In this document: piece by piece, positions 50,530-57,205 of the stretch
Numbering within the stretch: position 1 is the stretch's first letter
Layout of the letters: every line of letters starts with the position of its first letter
Assembly (NCBI GenBank): GCA_043825735.1
Contig: JBDRRP010000016.1
Location: 1 to 57,205 of the forward strand
Origin: Pseudomonadota bacterium
Lineage (GTDB): Bacteria; Desulfobacterota; Desulfobacteria; Desulfobacterales; JBDRRP01
Length of the DNA stretch: 57,205 bases
Direction: 5' to 3'
Notes under the pieces: generated by a model
Seen by the model: the letters and a program-made list of their open reading frames with translations, nothing else
Told to the model about the DNA's origin: nothing
The model's database searches: none
Translations under genes and position numbers: made by a program

Positions 50530-51555
50530 TCACGCAATCGTGTAGGGTGCGGGGTTTATCCCCGCCCGGGATTGGTGAACAAGATAGGCGTCGCGTCCGC
50601 TCATCCACCAGATTGCCCTGATCATGTCCACCGGCAGCGGTGACTTGAATCTCATGACATCACCGCTCACCGGGTGGATGAACGACAACCGCCAGGCATG
50701 GAGCATCTGACGCGTAACGGCTCTCAGGCGAATTGCCGCCGGGGTTGCCGGGCGCCCTCCTGCCCCGGGCGGCTTTCGGTTGCCATAGACGGGATCTCCG
50801 ACGATGGGGTGTCCTTCGGCCGCACAGTGAACGCGGATCTGGTGGGTGCGGCCCGTCTTTAAATCGACTTCCAGCAGCGTTCCGTCCGGGTAGGTTTTTC
50901 GCGCGCGCCACAGGGTTTCTGCAGAACGGGCCGATTTACTGAAAATCGACATCTTTTTACGGTCGACCGGATGGCGCCCAATGGGCTGATCAATCCGTCC
51001 GCAGGGGGTTGGAAAATGCCCCCATATCAAGGCGAGATAGGTTTTCCCTATGGTTCTTTCCTTGAACTGAGCACACAGGTGTTCATGGGCAGTCGCAGAC
51101 TTGGCCACCACCATGGTGCCGGAGGTATCCCTGTCGAGCCTGTGAACGATCCCCGGCCGAAGAACACCGCCGATGGGAGAAAGATCGGTGCAGTGATGCA
51201 GCAGTCCATTAACGAGGGTGGCCCGCGCATGCCCTGGGCCGGGGTGAACGACGAGACCGGCGGGCTTGTTGAGGACGAGAAGATCGGAGTCCTCATACAG
51301 GATGTCCAAATCCATGGGCTCGGGGCGGTAGTCGGCGTCCGCGGGTTCTGGGATCTGCACCCAGATCTTGTCGCCTTCATGCACCTTCTGGCTCGGTTTC
51401 CCGAGCTTGCCTTCAACACGAATGTTGCCTGATCGGATCAGGGTCGATAGAAACGATCTGGAATGGTCCGGGCAGATCAGCGCAGCGAACTGATCAAGAC
51501 GCAGACCATCTGCGGTGGGATAAACCTCGTAAAATGAGATGCCCTCTGATGGCAT
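50530..51555 (-). CDS. rluD: RluA/RluD family 23S rRNA pseudouridine synthase
   Basis: S4 domain RLDQF; NKPAGLVVHP, HRLDRDTSG, TGRTHQIRVH and GDPVYG motifs. Confidence 0.92.
   Translation of the reverse strand: MPSEGISFYEVYPTADGLRLDQFAALICPDHSRSFLSTLIRSGNIRVEGKLGKPSQKVHEGDKIWVQIPEPADADYRPEPMDLDILYEDSDLLVLNKPAGLVVHPGPGHARATLVNGLLHHCTDLSPIGGVLRPGIVHRLDRDTSGTMVVAKSATAHEHLCAQFKERTIGKTYLALIWGHFPTPCGRIDQPIGRHPVDRKKMSIFSKSARSAETLWRARKTYPDGTLLEVDLKTGRTHQIRVHCAAEGHPIVGDPVYGNRKPPGAGGRPATPAAIRLRAVTRQMLHAWRLSFIHPVSGDVMRFKSPLPVDMIRAIWWMSGRDAYLVHQSRAGINPAPYTIA
50542..50567 (+). repeat. GTAG-type REP-like palindrome within the rluD 3' end
   Basis: GTAGGGTGCGGGGTTTATCCCCGCCC. Confidence 0.55.
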
Positions 51556-51570
51556 GTCCGAAAAGCGGGC

Positions 51571-52155
51571 TTAAACGCCGCCGTCGGCTTCGGCATCGGC
51601 GTCCGATTGGATGGCAAAGAGCGCGATGAGTTCTTCTTCGATCGCGCTTTCATCCATTTTACGTGCCGTCGACAGCTCCTTGACGAGTAGCACCTGGGCG
51701 GTATCGTAGAGCTTGCGCTCCCCAAATGAAAGATCCTTGGTGGTTTTGAGCAGGGACAGATCACGATAGACTTCGGCGACATCGAATAGTGAGCCGGTCT
51801 TGATCTTATCCATGTATTCCCGGTATCGTCGGTTCCAGGTCTGGCTTTCCGACGCGCCGGTGCCGCGTCTTGCCTTCATCACATCATAGACTTTGGGGAT
51901 GTCTTTTTCGCCGATAATATCCCTGAGTCCCACTGAATCCACGTTATCGGTGGGAATCATGATGACCATGCCGTTTTCAAGCACCTTCATGATATAAAAA
52001 TCATGGGTCTCGCCGTTAACGGCGCGGCTTTCAATGGCCTCAATGCGCCCCACGCCATGTGCGGGATAAACTGCGAGGTCGCCGACGGTGAACACCCGCA
52101 TTGCGGTTGGAGTCACTACGGGCGCCGCTTCTTTTGTCTTTTTTTTGTCCGCCAT
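51571..52155 (-). CDS. carD: CarD/CdnL family RNA polymerase-binding regulator
   Basis: FTVGDLAVYPAHGVG, WNRRYREY and LSFGERK motifs. Confidence 0.92.
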   Translation of the reverse strand: MADKKKTKEAAPVVTPTAMRVFTVGDLAVYPAHGVGRIEAIESRAVNGETHDFYIMKVLENGMVIMIPTDNVDSVGLRDIIGEKDIPKVYDVMKARRGTGASESQTWNRRYREYMDKIKTGSLFDVAEVYRDLSLLKTTKDLSFGERKLYDTAQVLLVKELSTARKMDESAIEEELIALFAIQSDADAEADGGV

Positions 52156-52332
52156 GTGGTTACCGACTGTTTGACCGATAGCCACCCCTGAGGGGGGGCT
52201 GATGTGCGGTCCGTAATGGCCTTTCAAAATCACCCTGCTGGATGATCAATGGACGGCAGGATTATCAGGAAGCCTTAGAAATTCAAAAACTTAACACGGG
52301 GATAGTATCACAGGCGCAAAGAACAAGCAAAC

Positions 52333-52365
52333 AAAAAAGGATTGGCGCCCGAAGGCGCCAATCCT
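52333..52365 (-). terminator. Intrinsic terminator of hppA
   Basis: AGGATTGGCGCC-cgaa-GGCGCCAATCCT with an A run, which is the U tract on the minus strand. Confidence 0.85.
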
Positions 52366-52401
52366 GGTATTGCCTAGATCGTGAAACTGTCGTTGCGCTG
52401 A

Positions 52402-54417
52402 TTACAGCAGGAACGGCACCATCAGAAGCGCCACAACGTTCAGGATCTTGATCATCGGGTTGACGGCCGGGCCGGCAGTATCTTTGTAGGGGTCGCCGAC
52501 GGTGTCGCCGGTAACCGCAGCTTTATGGGCATCGGAGCCCTTGCCACCCAGGTTGCCGTCTTCGATGTATTTCTTGGCGTTGTCCCATGCGGCACCACCG
52601 GTGGTCATGGACAGGGCCACGAACACGCCGGTAACGATGGAGCCGATGAGCAGACCACCCAGCGCCACCGGGCCCAGAATGAAGCCCACCACCAGCGGAG
52701 CGATGACCGGCAGCAGCGCCGGGACCATCATCTCTTTGAGGGCGAACTTGGTGACGATGTCCACACAGGCCGCGTAGTCGGGCTTGCCGGTGCCTTCCAT
52801 GATGCCCGGGATTTCGCGGAACTGACGACGCACTTCCTCGACCACCGCGGCGCCGGCGTTACCGACCGCCTTCATGGCGATGGAGGCGAACAGGTAGGGC
52901 AGCAGGCCGCCGATGAAAAGGCCAAGGATGACATTGACGTCGGACAGGTCAAAACGCATGGCGACCACATCTTTACCGCTCTGGATGTTGAACTCCTGCA
53001 CGTAGGCGGCAAAAAGCACCAGCGCTGCGAGACCGGCGGAACCGATGGCGTAGCCCTTGGTGACGGCCTTGGTGGTGTTGCCGACCGCGTCCAGCGGATC
53101 GGTGACGGCGCGGACCGATTCGTCCATACCGGCCATTTCGGCGATGCCGCCGGCATTGTCGGTGATGGGGCCGTAGGCGTCAATGGCGATGACCATACCG
53201 GTCATGGAAAGCATGGACATGGCGGCCATGGCGATGCCGTAAAGCCCGCCGAACTTGAAGGCCAGAAAAATGCTCAGACAGATGGCCAGAACGGGCGCGG
53301 CGGTCGCCTGCATGGAGACGGCCAGACCGGCGATGATGTTGGTGCCGTGGCCGGTGGTGGAAGCTTCGGCGACCGAAATCACTGGGCCGTACTTTCCGGT
53401 GTAGTACTCGGTGATGATGACGATGACGACCGTCAGCATCAGCCCGATCAGGGTGCAGTAGTAGATGTGCATCGGGCTCAAGTTGCCCACGCCCACCATC
53501 AGCTTCATGGTGGCATAGTAGAAGGCGATGGCGGCGATGATAGCCGAGCCGAACATGCCCTTATAGAGCGCGCCCATGATGTAGGTGCCGCCGCCCAGTC
53601 GCACCATAAACATGCCTGCGATGGAGGCGAAGATGGAAATGGCGCCCAGAACCAGCGGGAACTCGGTGGCCATAGGGGCCTTGGGGAACAGCAAATGGCC
53701 GATGAGCATGGCCGCAACGGCCGTTACCGCATAGGTCTCGAACAGGTCGGCCGCCATACCGGCGCAGTCGCCGACGTTGTCGCCCACGTTGTCGGCGATG
53801 ACGGCAGGGTTTCTCGGATCGTCTTCGGGAATACCGGCTTCGACCTTGCCTACCAGGTCGGCACCGACGTCGGCGCCCTTGGTGAAGATGCCGCCGCCGA
53901 GACGTGCGAAGATGGAGATGAGGCTGCCGCCGAAACCGAGGGCGACCAGCGCCATGATGTCATGGGTGAACATGTAGAAGCCGGCAACAGAGGTCAGCGC
54001 CAGGCCGGCAACCATCATACCGGTCACTGAACCGCCCTTGAATGCCAGGGACAGACCGGCGGCCAGGCCCTTTTTGGACGCTTCGGCCGTACGGACGTTG
54101 GCAATGACGGAAACCCGCATGCCGATGTAGCCCGCCATGAAAGAGGCCACTGCGCCCAGGGCAAAACCGATGGCGGTTTTGGGGCCCAGGGTGGCGAAGA
54201 TAACCCCAAAAATGATGATACCGGTGATGCCCATGGACTTCATCTGACGATTCAGGTAGGCAACCGCGCCTTCCTTGATCGCGCTGGCGATTTTCTGCAT
54301 CTTCTCATCGCCCGCGGGGGCACTTTTAACAATGGTTGCCATAATCAGCGCGTAGGCAACACCCACCAGACCGACCAGCGTACAAGTCAACGGAATGTTA
54401 TTCAATACTGCGTTCAT
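52402..54417 (-). CDS. hppA: Membrane-bound pyrophosphatase, K+-independent H+-PPase type
   Basis: [26 protein letters not shown] and [10 protein letters not shown] motifs. GNTTK carries the Lys that marks the K+-independent subfamily. Confidence 0.93.
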   Translation of the reverse strand: MNAVLNNIPLTCTLVGLVGVAYALIMATIVKSAPAGDEKMQKIASAIKEGAVAYLNRQMKSMGITGIIIFGVIFATLGPKTAIGFALGAVASFMAGYIGMRVSVIANVRTAEASKKGLAAGLSLAFKGGSVTGMMVAGLALTSVAGFYMFTHDIMALVALGFGGSLISIFARLGGGIFTKGADVGADLVGKVEAGIPEDDPRNPAVIADNVGDNVGDCAGMAADLFETYAVTAVAAMLIGHLLFPKAPMATEFPLVLGAISIFASIAGMFMVRLGGGTYIMGALYKGMFGSAIIAAIAFYYATMKLMVGVGNLSPMHIYYCTLIGLMLTVVIVIITEYYTGKYGPVISVAEASTTGHGTNIIAGLAVSMQATAAPVLAICLSIFLAFKFGGLYGIAMAAMSMLSMTGMVIAIDAYGPITDNAGGIAEMAGMDESVRAVTDPLDAVGNTTKAVTKGYAIGSAGLAALVLFAAYVQEFNIQSGKDVVAMRFDLSDVNVILGLFIGGLLPYLFASIAMKAVGNAGAAVVEEVRRQFREIPGIMEGTGKPDYAACVDIVTKFALKEMMVPALLPVIAPLVVGFILGPVALGGLLIGSIVTGVFVALSMTTGGAAWDNAKKYIEDGNLGGKGSDAHKAAVTGDTVGDPYKDTAGPAVNPMIKILNVVALLMVPFLL

Positions 54418-54438
54418 TCTCTCCTCCATAATGAAGCT

Positions 54439-55035
54439 TTAAGAATTGTCGGAACTCCTTCGGTTATACCGATTCATTGCCACTTCTGCGCCCTCACAGA
54501 GTACGGCAATGGCGGCATCCCTCACCGTGTCGATGATGCCACCCAGCGCGGCGGTTTCATGCTCATCGAAACCCCCGAGCACATGGTCCACGGCATCAGC
54601 GTCGGATGCGGAACGCCCGATGCCCACACGGATCCGGCAAAACCGGTCATCACCGCAGGCATCGACCAACGATCGTATTCCTCTGTGTCCGCCATCCCCC
54701 CCTTTCGTTTTAATTTTTATTCTTCCAAATGTCAGGTCCATATCATCGTGAATGACGATCATTTCCCTGCATGTAAGACCCCACTGTGTCAGAAGAGAAC
54801 CGGTGGGTACGCCGCTCCGGTTCATGTAAGTCATGGGCTTGATCAGCGCAACGCTGTGCCCGCAGATTCTGCCGATACCGAAGGCAGCCCCATCTCGGTG
54901 CGTGTCCATCTCGATACGGCAACCCGCGCCAATCGCATCGACCGCCCTGAAACCGATGCTGTGGCGCGTTAACGCATACGCTGCTCCAGGGTTTCCAAGA
55001 CCGACGATCAGTCGATCCGGCAGTAATTGAGCCAT
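54439..55035 (-). CDS. pth: Peptidyl-tRNA hydrolase
   Basis: VGLGNPG, KPMTYMNRSG, HDDMDL and RIRVGIG motifs. Confidence 0.92.
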   Translation of the reverse strand: MAQLLPDRLIVGLGNPGAAYALTRHSIGFRAVDAIGAGCRIEMDTHRDGAAFGIGRICGHSVALIKPMTYMNRSGVPTGSLLTQWGLTCREMIVIHDDMDLTFGRIKIKTKGGDGGHRGIRSLVDACGDDRFCRIRVGIGRSASDADAVDHVLGGFDEHETAALGGIIDTVRDAAIAVLCEGAEVAMNRYNRRSSDNS

Positions 55036-55096
55036 TGACAACGCACGATCCCATCACAGGCCGCTCGACACAGGCACTCGGCCGGCCAGTGGCGCG

Positions 55097-55732
55097 TTAT
55101 TCTTCGGTCACGGCGACTTTGGCGGCATCTTCATCTTCGCCTTCGTCGTCTTCTTCGTCGGCCACGTCCTTCTTCGGACTCAAGACCGTTATTACCGTAA
55201 AATTGACGTCATGGGGAATCTCAACCCCATCGGCCAACTGAATATCCTCGACATGAATGGCCTCGCCGACCCCCAGTTCCGTGATGTCCAGTTCGATGGC
55301 TGCCGGAATATTCGACGGCAGGCAAGAGACTTCCAATTCGCGGCGAATCACCTGCAGCAGGCCGCCGAACTCAACGCCCTTGCATTTGCCCACAGTGTGC
55401 ACGGGGATTTTAACCGTCAGTTTGCGGTTCATGTCGATCTCATAGAAGTCGACATGAACCAGTTGTGCGCTCACCGGATCACGCTGCAGCTCTTTCACGA
55501 TCGCCAATCGCTTGCCACCGTCATGGCCCTCAATCGTCAGGTTGAAAAAGGCCATGGTGCCACCGCCGCGTTTCAAGCTCAGTTCAAAATCGTGGGTATG
55601 GATGGACATCATGACGGGCTCGGCTTTCGCCCCGTAAAGAATGGCCGGGCAGCGCCCTTCAACACGCAGACGGCGGGCCGGACCATTTCCTGTTTCTGTT
55701 CTCGTTGATGCACTCAGTTCTAGATACTCCAA
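55097..55732 (-). CDS. rplY: 50S ribosomal protein L25/Ctc
   Basis: ARRLR...PAILYG, HVDFY and GVEFGG motifs; acidic tail. Confidence 0.93.
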   Translation of the reverse strand: MEYLELSASTRTETGNGPARRLRVEGRCPAILYGAKAEPVMMSIHTHDFELSLKRGGGTMAFFNLTIEGHDGGKRLAIVKELQRDPVSAQLVHVDFYEIDMNRKLTVKIPVHTVGKCKGVEFGGLLQVIRRELEVSCLPSNIPAAIELDITELGVGEAIHVEDIQLADGVEIPHDVNFTVITVLSPKKDVADEEDDEGEDEDAAKVAVTEE

Positions 55733-55753
55733 GGTTAAGCCTCCTTCAAAATA

Positions 55754-56731
55754 TTATACAAACAAAGAAGTCACGGAATCACCGGTATGACTGCGGATGA
55801 TGGCTTCGCCAAAGAGTCCTGCCGTGGAAAGGGCAATAATCTTACCGCAGGCAACTGCGCTGGCGTCCAAAGGGATGGTGTCCATGACAATTAAACTCTT
55901 TAAAGCGGAATTGGCAATGCGCTCCACGGCAGGACCGGACAATACCGGATGGCTGCAAACAGCATGCACCTCCACGGCGCCATGGGCGTCAAGGGCGTTT
56001 GCCGCCTCGGTAAGGGTGCCGGCAGTATCCACCATGTCATCGAGTATGACGGCACACTTGCCTTTCACCTCGCCGATGACGGACATGGCCTTTGCCTTGT
56101 TGGGTCCTGAGCGGCGCTTGTCGATAATGGCCAGATCGGAGCCCAGGCGTTTGGCGATGGCCCGGGCTCTTTCGGCGCCGCCGGCGTCCGGAGAGACCAT
56201 GACGACATTTTCGGTAAAGCGCTCCTTCATATAGCGAAGCGTCACCGGCGCGGCAAAAAGGTGATCCACCGGGATGTTGAAAAAGCCCTGGATCTGCCCT
56301 GCATGCAGATCCATCGTAATGACCCGGTTCGCCCCGGCGGTGGTGATCAGATCGGCCACAAGCTTTGCGCTGATGGGCACCCGAGGCGCCACTTTCCTAT
56401 CCTGTCGCGCGTAGCCGTAATACGGGATCACGACAGTGATGCGCTTTGCCGAGGATCGTTTGAATGCGTCGATCAGCAGCAACAGCTCCACAAGGTTGTC
56501 GTTGACCGGGCGACAGGTCGACTGCACGATGAAAATGTCCTTCATTCGGACATTTTCAGTGATTTCGATCAGAATTTCACCGTCACTGAAGGATTTCACC
56601 TTTGCGCCGCCGAGCGGGACACGCAGGTAATCGCAGATCTGCTGTGCCAGCACGGGATTCGAGTTGCCGGTGAATATGACAAAGTCGTTGCTGACCGATC
56701 CGTTCCGGTGACTGTTTTCTGAAATGCTCAT
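55754..56731 (-). CDS. prs: Ribose-phosphate pyrophosphokinase
   Basis: [27 protein letters not shown] and DDMVDTAGT motifs. Start moved downstream of the tRNA. Confidence 0.94.
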   Translation of the reverse strand: MSISENSHRNGSVSNDFVIFTGNSNPVLAQQICDYLRVPLGGAKVKSFSDGEILIEITENVRMKDIFIVQSTCRPVNDNLVELLLLIDAFKRSSAKRITVVIPYYGYARQDRKVAPRVPISAKLVADLITTAGANRVITMDLHAGQIQGFFNIPVDHLFAAPVTLRYMKERFTENVVMVSPDAGGAERARAIAKRLGSDLAIIDKRRSGPNKAKAMSVIGEVKGKCAVILDDMVDTAGTLTEAANALDAHGAVEVHAVCSHPVLSGPAVERIANSALKSLIVMDTIPLDASAVACGKIIALSTAGLFGEAIIRSHTGDSVTSLFV

Positions 56732-56748
56732 ATCAAAGCTCAACAATG

Positions 56749-56823
56749 TGGCTGGGGCGGGAGGATTCGAACCTCCGAATGCAGGAACCAAAATCCTGTG
56801 TCTTACCGCTTGACGACGCCCCA
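56749..56823 (-). tRNA. tRNA-Gln (anticodon TTG)
   Basis: TGGGGCG acceptor stem, CAGGA-TTTTGGT-TCCTG anticodon arm, GGTTCGAATCC T-arm, encoded CCA; usual ispE-tRNA-Gln-prs position. Confidence 0.96.
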
Positions 56824-56911
56824 TGATTAGAGTCCCCGAAAAAGCCGGCAGAAAAAAACGCAGCGACTGGTTTGCAGGCAATGCTCGGCCCGCGCTCTCT
56901 CTGCGTTTACG

Positions 56912-57205
56912 TCAACCGGGAGTCCCGGGTGTATAAATGTATCCATCCGTCAGCAGCGGCGCGGTGTAAACGCTCCAGGAAGGGTTACTGGATAGTTCCA
57001 GCCGCGCAGTATCAGCGCTGTGCAGATCACCAAACAGTCCAAACACACACGATCCACTGCCGGTCATCAAGGCGCCCAGAGCTCCGTTTTGCACAAGCGC
57101 ACGTTTCACTTCGACGAGCGCAGGGTAGCGCGGCAAGATCGCTGCCTCCAGATCGTTAGACAGATAGCGCTCCGGCGGACCATTTCTGACCTTTAAAAGA
57201 AGGGA
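56912..57205 (-). CDS. ispE: 4-diphosphocytidyl-2-C-methyl-D-erythritol kinase, 3' part (truncated by window edge)
   Basis: NDLE and MTGSGSCVFG motifs; upstream of tRNA-Gln and prs. Confidence 0.88.
   Translation of the reverse strand, partial: SLLLKVRNGPPERYLSNDLEAAILPRYPALVEVKRALVQNGALGALMTGSGSCVFGLFGDLHSADTARLELSSNPSWSVYTAPLLTDGYIYTPGTPG

Noticed and set aside
56732..56881. N-terminal extension of prs in the ORF track
   Set aside because: Overlaps tRNA-Gln; the true start is downstream.

Overview
Mostly core genome of an anaerobic deltaproteobacterium, probably Desulfobacterales-like (inferred from gene content). From left to right: (1) part of a Wood-Ljungdahl CODH/ACS cluster on the minus strand (corrinoid activator, acsD with a long Ala/Lys tail, cooS, start of acsB), preceded by an acyl-CoA transferase-GNAT fusion; (2) a gamma-CA/tsaA/recD2 operon; (3) an accessory patch with a transglutaminase-like protein, small hypotheticals, a TPR protein, ltaE and a secreted His/Cys-rich protein; (4) split purH; (5) a 1.1-kaa HEAT-cNMP-PilZ protein, a retropepsin-like protease and gloB; (6) the dcw cluster, with a MurE-MurF fusion and no murB/ddl; (7) a radical SAM gene; (8) a cytochrome c3 + rnfCDGEAB operon; (9) rluD, carD, hppA, pth, rplY, prs, tRNA-Gln and the 3' end of ispE. 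The strongest lead is an apparently rewired Rnf complex: the NADH/FMN motifs of RnfC and the flavinylated Thr of RnfD appear lost, RnfB is fused to a GltD/NfnB-like NADP(H) module, and a 5-heme cytochrome heads the operon. Other leads are an in-frame FtsZ N-terminal extension containing a beta-clamp motif (QLSLF), a poly-C spacer promoter that could phase-vary, and nested REP/MITE-like intergenic elements with IHF-like loops. All assignments come from motif recognition by eye; no searches were run.
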